64,000 bases of DNA from positions 3,100,001 through 3,164,000 of the forward strand of contig CP089276.1 in NCBI GenBank assembly GCA_023920165.1, given 5' to 3'. Made by a program: the position numbers and the translations under genes. Position 1 is the stretch's first letter. Each line of letters begins with the position of its first letter. This document shows positions 1-12,114 of this stretch, piece by piece. The notes beneath the pieces were generated by a model. It was not told the origin of the DNA, ran no database searches, and saw nothing but the letters and a program-made list of their open reading frames with translations. The stretch comes from Curvularia clavata (taxonomy: Eukaryota).

Positions 1-901
1 TCAGGAACGCATCAATCATCCTGCCAAATGGTGCCACAAGTATGTTGTGCATGATCGACCCGAAATTCCAGCCTTAGCTGACAACTTTAATCAGACTCCC
101 TTCCCACGTGTCCATGGAATCGGCGGCACTGTTAGAGCCTCTTTCTGTTGGCATTCATGCAACCAGAAGGGCCCAGATTGAGCAGGGTGATACCGTGATC
201 GTCTTTGGTGCAGGTACCGTTGGACTTTTGACTGCCGCAATGGCCAAGGTGTCTGGTGCTACGACTGTCGTAATTGCAGATATCGACTGCGGGCGCATCA
301 ATTATGCTCTCGCCAACGGATTCGCAAACAAGGGTTATATCGTGAACTCGCAGGCACAAAGAAGTGAAGGGACCGAGCAATTTGCGGCTGCGAAGGAGCT
401 AGCCACCGACATCATGCAGATTGCTTCTTTGGGCGAGGTTGACTTTGAGGGTGCTGATGTAACCTTTGATTGTACCGGCAAGGAAGTGTGCATGCAAGCT
501 GGACTTTATGTAAGCAAGTCTTCCAATTTCTATGGAATTCAACTGACAACTATTTAGGCAACAAGGCCCGGCGGGAAGCTCATCATGGTCGGCATGGGCA
601 CTCCGATACAGACACTCCCAATGTCAGCATCGCACCTGAAAGAAGTGGACATTATCGGCATTTTCCGTTACGCCAACACTTACCCCATCGGCATCAAGAT
701 CCTCTCTGCAGGTGTGCTTCCAAGTCTCGACAATATGATTACACATCGGTAAGCGCTACTTTCAGCATCTGTGGAGTTTAATTTCTCACATACACAACCA
801 GGTACCATGGCCTAGCGTCCACAAAGGAAGCGTTTGAGCTCGCCGGGAAAACCATGGACAAGGACGGCAAGTTGGTCGTCAAAGTCCTAGTTGAGATGTA
901 G
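1..901 (+). CDS. Zinc-dependent polyol (sorbitol/xylitol/L-arabinitol-type) dehydrogenase, 5'-truncated by window edge
   Basis: MDR-family motifs ALLEPLSVGIHA, VFGAGTVG (NAD binding), FDCTG, GIFRYANTYP. Introns 40-94, 510-557, 749-801; TAG ends 901. Confidence 0.88.
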
Positions 902-1428
902 ACGCGATTAATCTGCATTCATGCGTCGCACTCATTGAGAAGGAATAGAGGGAAGGCGTTTAAAGAAATAATCAACAGCCTTGGTCGGGCGTTCATAGTG
1001 GGACTTTGGGGCGATCTTCAAGACTGAGATACCATTCGTTTTTTTGGAAAAGCCTTTAGAGTACAATGTTTTGGGGTTATTTACTGGACTGGATTGAATA
1101 GAGGGGACAGCCCCTAATATGTAACAACTAGATAGCATAATGAAGTGACGATCGATAAACAGAGGCTGAAGCAAACGTGAAGTTCGATGGTAGTCATTAC
1201 CAGAGAATCGCGTCGCGTAGTCTACAAGTAATTGCGCGCTAGAGCTTCGGTTTAGCGGCTTGGCATGACCCCACGAACTGTGGCAGCTGCAGCCTAGCAA
1301 GCTCTCCCCACCATTGATGTTATCGCCGCCATTGCCTTACCGTGCAACCTCCACTCTTCACTTTTTGACTGCCGCTTCAGACTCCCCCTTGTGTGCCCCG
1401 GACAATCCTTTCTGATTTCACAGCAACC

Positions 1429-2856
1429 ATGGCAGATTCATCAGCAAATCCGCTCGTTTCGACGACCCGCGCCTCTGACGCAAGTCCCACAGTGCAGCTT
1501 CACCCGCTAGTCCTCCTCACAATTACCGATTGTGTAACACGGCACACGCTACGACAAAAAACAGGGCCCGTAGTAGGGGCTATACTGGGGGCACAGGATG
1601 GACAAAATATTACTATGGAGGTTGCGTTCCAGGCAAAACTCAAGTCAAACGAGGATGGCGAGACAATACTCGATGACGAGTGGTTCAGCAAGCGTATAGA
1701 GGATTGTAAGTTTACACTGGTGTGTTGTATAGATTTACTCGGAATCTTATGGTCGTTATAGTCAAGGACGTACACAAGGAGCCCCAACTAGACATTGTTG
1801 GATGGTTCACCCTCGGTCCTGTCTCCGGCCCTGAACCACATCTTCTTCCTATTCATTCACGCATATCAGAAGTCTACACCGAGTCGCCGCTCCTCGTACT
1901 GTTCCATCCCGAAAATGCTTTCTCCGAGGAAACTGCTGCTGGAAAGCTGCCGCTTACAGTTTACGAGTCGGTCACTGTTAGCGTGTCGAGCGAGCCAAAC
2001 GACAAGGCCATGGACATCGATGGAGCAGTACAACCAAAGTCAATCAAGTTCCGGGAGCTTGTGTACTCGATCGAGACTGGCGAGGCGGAAATGATATCTG
2101 TAGACTTTGTTGCTCGGGGTGGAGGAAACGCAGCTGCAGTGGAGGGTTCAGCTGATATCGCAGCGTCCAGCGCGGGAGCAGCAGCGGCCGATGAAGACGC
2201 TACGAAGCAAAATACACGAGGCAAGCAGAAAGAGAAGGAAAAGGAAAAAGAAGACGCTCCAATTGAGGAGTCGTTGGTTTTGAGCGCTGATGACGAAGAG
2301 AGTAGGTTGATGCTCTGAGCCGCAGACTTGATTCGCGCGTGCTAATTTTCTCGCAGTATTGTCGACACTCACAGCAAAGATGAATGCTATTCGCATGCTC
2401 GGTCGACGTATACGGCTGCTCCGCGCCTATCTTGACTCCCTTCCACCATCATATTTGTCGGACGCATCGCTCCCAATCAACCCTACACCAGACGAGCAGC
2501 ACCCACTACCTCTGAACCATTCGATTCTCCGAAGTATCTCAGCCATGCTAGCCCGCATCAACATTCTCGCACCCCCTGATTCGGTTGCATTTGCACTCGA
2601 GTCTCAGCAAGAAGCGTCCGACGTACAACTAGTCAACCTATTGTCATCCATCACCAACTCTGTCTCAGCAGCCAAGGAGTTCGGCCGCAAGAGCTCAATC
2701 GTAGAACACGGCAAGAACCAAGGCAAGAACCGCATGGGTGTCATGGGAGGCTACGGAGGAGGAAGCGGATACCCTAGTGGAGGCTACGGTAGCGGAGGCG
2801 ACGGCAACTTTTTCAACACTGTCATGACAGGAGGCTCAGGAGTGGACAGGTGGTGA
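1429..2856 (+). CDS. CSN6: COP9 signalosome subunit 6 (inactive MPN domain)
   Basis: VQLHPLVLLTITDC...VVGAILG, LDIVGWFTLG, YSIETGEAEMISVDFVARGGGNA, DVQLVNLL. Introns 1706-1761 and 2302-2356 join ORFs 1393/1722/2359 in frame. Confidence 0.9.
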
Positions 2857-2915
2857 TCTCACCCTGTCCAACGCTATTCTGATGCGCTCGCTCCTCGAAG
2901 TTTTACGCAAAATAG

Positions 2916-3227
2916 ATGACTAATGAAACGAGCAGCCGGGACAAGGCACCAGGCGTGTGTATGACGGACGAGCGGCGGCGACTTGCGCAGCTTGAGCCCG
3001 ACGATCTGGTCGGGCCCAACCAGCGATTTTTATACGTTGTGGCAAGCGTGCTGATGATGGGACCGGGTTACGTACTCTTATTCTTCCTTGCGCCGTTGAT
3101 CGTCGGCCTCGTCATTCTGCACGTGAATATCTGGGCGCTGGGCTGGACTCGTCGTGTGGTACGATTCGCGGTGGCTCGACTGCGGCGGTGGATCCGAGAG
3201 CGATTTGAGGTCTTTTTCGGGGCTTGA
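2916..3227 (+). CDS. Small hypothetical membrane protein (103 aa)
   Basis: ATG-initiated ORF with a ~38-aa hydrophobic stretch (FLYVVASVLMMGPGYVLLFFLAPLIVGLVILHVNIWAL) followed by an Arg-rich tail; no family recognised. Confidence 0.4.
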   Translation: MTNETSSRDKAPGVCMTDERRRLAQLEPDDLVGPNQRFLYVVASVLMMGPGYVLLFFLAPLIVGLVILHVNIWALGWTRRVVRFAVARLRRWIRERFEVFFGA

Positions 3228-4020
3228 GGTATGAAGAAACCTTAACTGGTGGGGTTCTCTTTTCTTTTTATGACGATTATGGGATTTGGCATGAGCATAC
3301 ATAGGCGCTTCTTACTAGGGCTGCGGTGGGATGGTATAGCGTAGCATAGTGTAGGTAGTCGGTATCGATACGAGATGTATCTTGTCTTTGTGTGCAAGTG
3401 ACAGCATGGTTTAGAGATATGATGGTGGTATCAAATGTAGTGATACTGTGTGTTGTGTTGATGTCGAGTTTTCTATGGAGTTCATTGAGTTCCATGTAAA
3501 ACCATCATGTGAAGACTATTCGCACCTTTCTTTCCTAAGAAGCAGGCAAAGATGTGCAATACGTTCAGTATCATATGGAGAAATTTGTGAAGATTAGAAG
3601 TAGCTTAATTAAGTCATACCCAAGTAAATATACTATTTCGATCCCTAAGTTTCCAGTCTTGTTCGAAGCAAAAAAGGTAGTCTGCATGATAAAATGACAA
3701 AAAATCTACAACTGGGAAAAGTGTGGATGTCGCGCAGTGACTGAGACAGCAGGCCCCCCCTGCTTTTTTTCTTTGGTCGTAGCAGCGTAAACGCATTAGT
3801 TTATAGGAGTAGTAATAGTAGTCATCATGCTATGTGTGTGTGTGTAGTAGTAGTATGTATGCATGTGTACATAGGTTATTGACACAACCTTTGATGCCGG
3901 GAGGGTATATTATGTCTAAGAGGGAAAAAAGGGGAAAACAGGAATAGAAACACACAAAAGAAAAGGTGGTAGAGAGAGAAAAAGAAACAGGAAAAGAGAG
4001 AGAGGGCAAGAAAAACCAGA

Positions 4021-5700
4021 TTAATAGCGCACAACGGGAGAGGCAAGGGAATCGTTGCCATCCTGGACAAGAACACCCTCTTTGATGCCTTCCTTTTCCA
4101 GCTTGTGCATCCAATCGTCCTTTTTGTCTTTCTTGTGGATCCATCCGCTAAAGATCTTTTTGAGTTTGGACTTTTGCTCTTCCTTTGCGGGGGGCTTTGG
4201 TTCGTGTGAGATGGTCTTGAGCGTGACGGGGGATTCTATGCTGAGGCGGTGGGAAAAGTTGGAGGCATGAGTGCTTCCGTTGCTGCCTCCGCTCCGTTGA
4301 CGAGTGTGACTGCTCGAAGCCTGGTCCGGACGCTGCTCGACTTTGGTGGCCGAGGACCTGTTTGTTCCTGACGTTTCGGTCTGACCGGGGCTGGCTGAGA
4401 CTGTGCTTGTTGGTTGAGGGATTGGCTGGGTGCCCTGCTTACGCGAAGACTTTCGGGCGGGGAAGGCATTGTTGTACTGCATAGCCAGGGTATCGGAACC
4501 ACTCCTCCTGTGTTGTCTCGAGCTGCCAGGTGAGCGGTCTTCGGGCTTGTCCTGTGACCGCATAAGACTTGCAATATGCGTCTCGGCTGTCGGAGATTTG
4601 GGAGTTTTTGGTGACTTGGGCGATATGATGGCTTCCTGTTTGGGCTGTTCGGGGTCCTTCCAGCTATCCAGACTGGGTAGGGGTGGAAGCTCTCTGTTGA
4701 GATTGACAGCATTTGATTCGGACTTCCTGGGCTGTGCGGAGTCGTCTGCCTGTCCCTGGGAGGCTCCGGACCTGCTGCTCGAACTTTTCATGCGACGGAG
4801 ACCCCAGCTGCGCCATGCAGAATTGGAGCCCCGGCGAGAAAGACTGCTTTCGTTTTCGGCTGGTGAGCGGAGGGATTCCTTGGATTGTGCACGGCTCAAG
4901 GCACGACTACGGGAGCCAGGGAAAACGTATTCGATGACGCTCTCCTTGATGCTGGCGGCGCGGCTCGGCGGACGGACGGATGTGGATGGACGGCGTTGGC
5001 GTTCAGCCATTTCCTGCTGGCGCTTCCTTTCGAATTCTAGACGCATCCACTCGGAGGCCTGTGCATCGGCGGCGGCGACAGGATCATCAAAATGGTGGGA
5101 CGACGAAGCAGGCACCGACGAGGACAGGTTTGATTTGGCGAGAGTGGAAGTGACAGCGACAGGGAGGGTAATGTCTTCATCCGAAATACTGGAGATGGCG
5201 GGCCTAGAAGCGTCCATGGAGGCTTTGCCAAAGTTGCGCAGCCGTTGTTCTTTTTCGGCGTCTCGATCCTGGAGCCAGTCTGCTCGTTTCCGGCTGCTGT
5301 TTGCTCGTGCTGGGAGGTCGCCATACTGCCTTGCGCGTATCTCCATATCTGCCTTGGCCCTGGTGCGGACCTTTGTGCTGCGCGATCGTGGCAGGAATGA
5401 CGTCGAGGCGGATTCTGCAGGGGCGCCCGTGGGCACACGCACGTTGACATCGGCGTGCTGGGGTCGGCTTTCCTTGCGCGGGCGTAGACCTCCAAAGTCC
5501 AGCTTTGGGTCGGTGTTCTCCATGCCATGGTCCGAGGGCTTGAAGTTCTTAAGGATGAGGCGACATGCTTCGCGCAACTCTTGTTCGGTCTGGTTGTCGA
5601 GGACACGGCGGTTGATGAAGGGCGAGTTGTTGCATATGGTCTCACCAGAAGAGTGTCTTCGGTGGGCCGAGGCGTGGGACAAGGTGGGGTCTGGGGACAT
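4021..5700 (-). CDS. Hypothetical Ser/Arg-rich, largely disordered protein (559 aa)
   Basis: Long intronless ORF with non-random islands (ELREACRLILKNFKPSDH, VNLNRELPPLPSLDSW, KDDWMHKLEKEGIKEGVL). Confidence 0.8.
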   Translation of the reverse strand: MSPDPTLSHASAHRRHSSGETICNNSPFINRRVLDNQTEQELREACRLILKNFKPSDHGMENTDPKLDFGGLRPRKESRPQHADVNVRVPTGAPAESASTSFLPRSRSTKVRTRAKADMEIRARQYGDLPARANSSRKRADWLQDRDAEKEQRLRNFGKASMDASRPAISSISDEDITLPVAVTSTLAKSNLSSSVPASSSHHFDDPVAAADAQASEWMRLEFERKRQQEMAERQRRPSTSVRPPSRAASIKESVIEYVFPGSRSRALSRAQSKESLRSPAENESSLSRRGSNSAWRSWGLRRMKSSSSRSGASQGQADDSAQPRKSESNAVNLNRELPPLPSLDSWKDPEQPKQEAIISPKSPKTPKSPTAETHIASLMRSQDKPEDRSPGSSRQHRRSGSDTLAMQYNNAFPARKSSRKQGTQPIPQPTSTVSASPGQTETSGTNRSSATKVEQRPDQASSSHTRQRSGGSNGSTHASNFSHRLSIESPVTLKTISHEPKPPAKEEQKSKLKKIFSGWIHKKDKKDDWMHKLEKEGIKEGVLVQDGNDSLASPVVRY

Positions 5701-6966
5701 TTTGTCGGCCAGGTCGTGCTTGGATGTGGTTTTCTGGAGACGAGTGAGTGAGTGAGTGGGCGTGGTTGGAGGTGGGTCGTCAGGTCAGGTCATACAAGAG
5801 GCGAGAGGGTGAAGGAGAGTTTGCGGGCCATGTGAATTACGACTAGAGGGGGGCTGTTTGATAGACCGAGGAACAGGAAGCTGGGGCGCACAAGCAGCGT
5901 ATAAGTGTGCGCGAACAAAAGTGACGATTGTGGTAGCGGTGATGGAGTATGGTCGGCTAGCAATGGCCAAACACAGCTACTGCCGACTAGTGCAGCGCAG
6001 CGGAAGCGCGAGCCGGGCAAGAGAGAGTGAATGGTATCTGGGTGAGGGTGGCATGCAGCGCCGGAAAAGAAAAATCAGGCACAAAGGCACTCAGATGGGG
6101 TGGGATAAGTATAGTATAGTAATGGTGGCTGCGGCCAGGAGGTGTTTTGGGTTTCAGGATGGCAGCTAGCAACCGACAGGGAGCGACGACGCGCGCAGCC
6201 AATGAGGAGCGCAGCTGCCATGGCTCAGCTTACCATGGCTACGCCTACCGCGTGCTGCCGCGGCGTGTACGCGTCTACTCGTCATATACGACCTGGTGCT
6301 CAGCTGTGCGTGGGTGCGTGTGCTGCCCGTCGCCTCCGCTGACTGGGCGCACGTCGAGGAACCATTGCTTGGGACACTGTCTTTTGTGAGCGTGCCTGGT
6401 CCCATGCACGCCCGCAGCGCAGAGCGGGCGGCGCTATTGAATCCAGGCGCATGCTCACGGACCGCCCAGTGGGAATCGTTGGATTCGATTCGATCCAGCC
6501 ACTCAACTGTCGCGTCGGCCTGCCTTGCGAGGTGCAGCATCCCCGACTTGGGACCGTGTGCGGCGTTGAATATGTCACTTGGGCGCGTCTGCTTGCTGAT
6601 GCCGTGGGTCCTGTTGTGCTTGCTTGACTTGAGATGGATGGTTTGGTTGCACCGCTTTCCGCTGCCCACGTGACCTCATCTCCCCATGCCCGCCCTGCCC
6701 TGCGAGGATGTCCCGGCGGAGCAATGCCGTGTTACCTCAGCGCACCGGCCTCCCAACGGTCGCTTCGACGCCTCGCCGCCTTGCATTGGACTTCGGGTCC
6801 CCAATTAATCACGGTTAAACCCGTCTCCTGCTTAAGCTTTCCACCTGCCCAACTGTCTGCAGCGCTGGCGCTTGCTTGTTGTCCCCCTGTCCCTGACCAT
6901 CATCAACGTTGGTGCCAAACACCAACAAACACCAGCAATGCCTTCGACGGAGCCAGCAAAGAACCT

Positions 6967-6994
6967 GCCATGCTATGCCATGCCATGCCATGCC
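6967..6994. repeat. (CCATG)n pentanucleotide microsatellite, ~5 imperfect copies
   Basis: ccatgctatgccatgccatgccatgcca read directly. Confidence 0.7.
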
Positions 6995-7332
6995 ACGTGA
7001 CACCACCCCCACGATGCATGCAAAGCGCCTGCAATTCTCCATGACATGGACGAGCACGCAGCCGAGAGTAATCACCTGTCGTCAGAAACGTACATCGACT
7101 TTGCAAAATACCATGCTTACGCGAGGCACTGGTCCACTGCGCACGTGCCCCATCGCCTTGCCATGACGACCATGACTACCAATCCACCCAACGCCCATGG
7201 CTGTCCCCAGTAACAAAAATTCAAGCAGAGCCATCCAGAGGCTGCAGCGTCGCAAGCCCTCACTCATGCCACCCGCGCCATCATGTGTCGATACAACAAA
7301 CACCCTCTCCACGGGCAGCCACGCCCTCCGAT

Positions 7333-7743
7333 ATGAAGTGTCCAACCCTCGACGTTGCCCTCAACTTCATCTTGCCCTGTCCAAGCCATCGCGCCAAAAA
7401 CGCCAAGCCTGACGCGTCTAGTATTCAATCCACTACGCAATACGCTAGGCTCCACGACGATACACAACAACAACGCATCTCTCCAAAGATATCCCGAGGC
7501 TCCCTCAAGACGCGACCCAGGCACGGCCGCATCCCCATTTCCAGGCTACAGATGAGCGAGGCATGGTCACGCATACGAGCCGTTTCTCCCATACCCACCC
7601 GATCCGACAATTCGACAGACAGCAACCACGACCATGACAGCCCCGACAAGAGGGTGAGATGGGGCGTCGTATATACGTGCGAGTTTGACCCTCGGTCTGC
7701 ACGCAGTCGTGGACCCACAGACAAGTCAAAGCGATACTACTAA
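7333..7743 (+). CDS. Small hypothetical protein (136 aa) with RVxF-type motif
   Basis: ATG at 7333 (MKCPTLDVALNFILPCP...) to TAA 7743; contains KRVRW. No family recognised. Confidence 0.4.
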   Translation: MKCPTLDVALNFILPCPSHRAKNAKPDASSIQSTTQYARLHDDTQQQRISPKISRGSLKTRPRHGRIPISRLQMSEAWSRIRAVSPIPTRSDNSTDSNHDHDSPDKRVRWGVVYTCEFDPRSARSRGPTDKSKRYY

Positions 7744-8378
7744 TCAACAAAAATACCAATCAATCAAAGTGGGCCATGGACTTCGGTCAACAGGAAAGGA
7801 CATGTCAAGCCTGCGGGATGACCAACACAAGGCTCTGTGTACCGAGCTATTTGTCTTGCAAAGCCACTCGGACGTCGTGGCATGCTTCTCCGCCTCGATA
7901 GTCCACCATTACCGAATACGGCCTTCCCCACCTCTGCCGCTTCTCCACACCCGCTACACATGCCAAACCTCAACCTCGTTGCACTGTGCCTACAGTGTGC
8001 TGTGGTGTACCTGAGTATTGAGCTTCTAATATAATTTGCATTCTCGCTTCCGTCCTTGATGCATGTCGTGCAGCTGCTGCATGATGACAAAGCCCAATGT
8101 TGTACCATCTTTGGCTGAAACTTGACACATATGGAAGGAGGGGAAGCTTTCCAGGTACCACCTCGGCCTAGCATTCCACTCTGGCCCCGCTGTTTGACTG
8201 CATCTTGCCAGCGTCATGCCGAAAGCCGTCACTTTGTCAGCGTTAGCATGCCTATCATCTTGGTCCGATCCGCAGTAACTATGCCATGCTACTTTATATA
8301 AATTCACCTAGTTTCTGTCCTACTTGATCTCCTCAATTTTTCTTCCCTGCTCTATTTACAAGCTTCCCTACAACCACA

Positions 8379-10256
8379 ATGGGCGGCTCCCAACCATGGC
8401 ACCAAGGCCCGGTCCGAAACAAAACCCACACTGATGCTGCAGTCGTCATCATCGGTGCTGGCATTTCTGGTTAGTAGTCCAAAATGCAATCTGTCCATAG
8501 TGTACTGAATGTCCAAAGGCATGTGCATGGCCATTGACCTCATGAAACGCAACCAATGCCATAACTTCATCATTGTAGAAAAGAGCTCTAGCATTGGCGG
8601 AACATGGCATGACAACAAGTACCCTGGCTGCTGCTGCGACGTCTGGAGCATGCTGTACAGCTACTCTTTTGAGCAAAATCCAGATTGGACGAGGGAATAT
8701 CCAGGACAAGAAGAGATACTGGTACGTGTTTGCCTCAAAGGCCTAATGACCCAGCATTTGACTAAAGCCATATGCAGGACTATCTCCGCAACGTAGCACG
8801 CAAGTACAATCTCTACAAGTACATCCGCTTCAACACCGCTGTCGAGTCGGCCACTTGGGATGACTCCAAAAACCGATGGAAGGTGGACGTCAACGTAATC
8901 GGTGCCAAAGACGCAGAGTTCAGCTCGTCTTATAGCATCGAATGCGATTTCCTAATTTCAGCAGTCGGCCAGCTCAATCAACCCCGTTATCCCGATATCC
9001 CAGGCCTAGAAGATTTTAAAGGGAAAATTATGCATTCTGCACGCTGGGACTGGAGCCACAGCCTCGAGGGCAAGCGAGTCGGAATCATTGGAAACGGTGC
9101 AACGGCTGCGCAAATCATACCAGAAATCATGCCTGAAACGTCCTCTCTCACAGTCTACCAGCGTTCTCCCAACTGGGTTGTCCCGCGTCTCGACGGACCT
9201 GTCAGTGCCTTCAAGCGTGCCGTGCTGCGGTATTTGCCTCCGGTCCGCTGGCGTCTTCGTAGTGCCCTGATGGATTTCCGCGAAAGCACCTACGACGCCA
9301 TATGTGACAGCCAGAGCGCCGCCGCCGAACTGTTTCGCAATATCGGTCTCGATTTGATGAAGAAGCAGATACCCAACCGACCCGACCTCTGGGAGAAACT
9401 CACTCCAAACTACAGCCCTGGCTGCAAACGCATAATTATATCCGACGACTTTTATCCCGCCATTGCGAACCCGAAGACGCTTCTTGAAACCACAAAGATT
9501 CACCGATTCACCGAATCAGGTATCGAGCTCGAAGACGGCACTCACCACGAACATGACACGATTGTCCTCGCCACGGGCTTCCGCACCCTCGAGTTTCTGC
9601 ATCCCATCCGTATCACCGGGACGCAAAATCGCGATCTCTCTTCAATCTGGAAAGACGGCGGCTACGCTCTGTATGGCATGTCTGTGCCCTCCCTCCCCAA
9701 CTTTGGCATGTTCTACGGCCCAAACACAAATCTCGGCCACAACTCCATCATCCTCATGATCGAAGCCCAGTCCCGTTATCTCAACGCCCTGGTCTCTGCC
9801 GTCTTGGATGCACGCGCTCGCGGCCAGAGAATCGGTCTTGTGCCCAGGGAAGATCGCACAAAGGAGTATAACGACGAGTTGCAGAAGAAGCTAAGCGACA
9901 GCTCTTTTGCAGATCCCAACTGCAGCAGCTGGTACAAGAATAAGGATGGCAGAATTACCAACAATTGGTCGGGCACTGTAGTCGACTACCAGAAGATGCT
10001 GAGTAAAGTGGATTGGGACGATTTCGAGGTCACAAGTGCAAAGGACGTAGAGCAGGCGAAAGAGGATATCAAGCAGCGTGGTGTGAGGGCGAGTAAAGTG
10101 GTATTTGGGGACGGCAAGCAAACGACTAATGTTGGTCGTGTACACGAAGAATCGATGGTGAGTAATACCACCTTGGTGCTAGGGACGCTGAGTGCAGCTG
10201 CGGCGGCTGCGGCGTGGATGTATCGAGGCAGCTGGACCAAGAGATTGTCAAGATGA
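8379..10256 (+). CDS. Baeyer-Villiger/flavin-containing monooxygenase with C-terminal hydrophobic anchor
   Basis: IIGAGISG, GGTWHDNKYPGCCCD, BVMO fingerprint FKGKIMHSARWD, IIGNGATAAQ, LATGF. Introns 8470-8518 and 8722-8777. Confidence 0.93.
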
Positions 10257-10444
10257 GAGGATGTACGTATGAAATATCTGCAACAGTGCTATCGTAATGC
10301 TTGAATTGTAGAGTATTCGCCTATATACTGTTCCCAGATCATAATTCATTCAGTTCATTAATCATCATAACAATCTCCTCTTCTCTCTCTCTTTCTCTTA
10401 CCCTTTTGCTCTTTCCCCCTCTATACCTACACACCTCCCCATCT

Positions 10445-12114
10445 CTAAAACCCCTGCATCCCTCTCCACTTCCCTTCCCACCCCTCAAACCACGGACTCT
10501 CCTCCAGCGTCTCCGCCTCCCTCCAATCCCCCTTGACCCACCCTTTCTTCACCTGCTCTTCATGCCACTCCCTCAGCGCCGGCTTAACCACATGCTCCAC
10601 ATGCCAAGTCCCCTTGTACTCCATCAGATTCGGCTTCCCTTCCTCCAGCACCCTGAGCAACAAGCCCGGCACACCTTTTTCATCGCGGAACTGCTCTACA
10701 GGCGTGAACAATGCTTTGAAGTTGAAGACGACGGCTCCAGACAGCGGGAGGCGCCGGAGGGTTTGCCAGTCTACGCGGAGGTGGACGTCGGAGAGGGGGA
10801 GCTGTGAGGGTGGCAGTTGGTGCGTGCGGTGGGTGAGGAGCGGTGAGTCGGGAGGGGCGTAGAGGGGGGTAGAGATTTCGAGGCCCCAGGAGCCACGTTG
10901 GATGGGCTTTTCGGTGGGCTTTTTGGTGAAGTATCTTTTTTTTGTTGGTAAGTTTGAGTAATATAGTGGGGTGCGTGGGTTTGGGGCGGGAATCATGCAT
11001 ATCCATATATGTATGCATGCACGTGTACATGTACATGGAGTTGCTTGTTTATTCCGTGAAGGTAGCAAAGAGTGGAAAGACAACTCACCTGTCCATGGAA
11101 AATTGCATCTTCTCTTTATAGTCTGGGATCGGTGCATGTATACCCGCGAGATTCCGTCCCATCTTCGTCCCTAGATTCCATCCCAACGCACTGCAAATGA
11201 CACCTGCACGCAGGATATACCGTCCAGTCTTATCATCTCTTTGCATGATGGCAAAGTCCTCTGGTACATGCTCCAGCAGCACGTTCAATGGGTGCATCTG
11301 ATCTAGCTGCGTTTCGATGCCGAGAATACCATTTCGGAAGGACTTTTTGTCCGGGGACAAGGAGAAGTAGTGAGGGTACCGGGCGCAGAGAAACTGAAGA
11401 GCCATTTCCATGAGTTCTTTGCAGGCGAGGTCCGAGCCGGGAAGAGCATTCAAGACGTCTTTAGTGTGTTGCTCGTAGAGCTTTTTGCGCTGCTGGATGC
11501 GTTCGATATAAGTGTTTTCGAGCTCGATCCACCAGTCGGGCTGCATTTTGGTGAGAGCTGGGTTCAGTTAGTAAATGGCCAAAATATACCTTTTGTAGTG
11601 TAAAGAACTTACACATCGTTTGGTGGTACGGCCATCGAAACGGTCGGTATGGCCGAGGTAGCGCTCTGGCAATGTCAAACTCTGGATAGGGCGCTGGAAG
11701 CGGTACACCGCTGAGCGTAGCGTAGTCTGGAAAATCGCCGAGAGCCTTGATTTCTTTTACGGAAATGCCGCACGGAAGGCGGCTCGTCTCGAAGGCATCT
11801 AGGTACGACTTTTCCATTTGTAGGACGTCTTTGGCCCAATCCTCTCCTGGCTCGTCGAGCTCCTCATCTCGCAAGACCTCAGCTAGAGCTGAACGTCGTG
11901 ATGGCGGGAAGCTAGTAGAATAATCGACTTCTGGAGTGATTTCGGGTTTCTTCTCAGGCGACAAGGACCTTGGTGGCGTTCTTGCACCAGATACTCTTCT
12001 TCCGCTGGCATGGAGTCGCTGCAGGAGGATGTTGCGTCTGCTTCGTCGAAGCAGAACCCACGTCGAGCCAATGAAGAAGGCTGCGCCAAGCAGCAAGAGG
12101 AAGCTGAATGCCAT
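10445..12114 (-). CDS. DUF3445 / heme-dependent oxidative N-demethylase alpha-like protein with N-terminal membrane anchor
   Basis: PRPYRPFRWPYHQTM, VPEDFAIM, LAGIHAPIPDY, IQRGSWGLE, LRVDWQTLRRLPLSGAVVFNFKALF. Introns 11558-11612 and 10935-11088. Confidence 0.85.

Noticed and set aside
4430..5755. 441-aa plus-strand ORF
   Set aside because: Antisense shadow of the 559-aa minus-strand gene; non-ATG start and no independent motifs.
10995..11036. Alternating purine-pyrimidine palindromic tract in a DUF3445 intron (similar tract at ~3830-3872)
   Set aside because: Low-complexity ATGC/AT repeats common in fungal introns and UTRs; no evidence of function.
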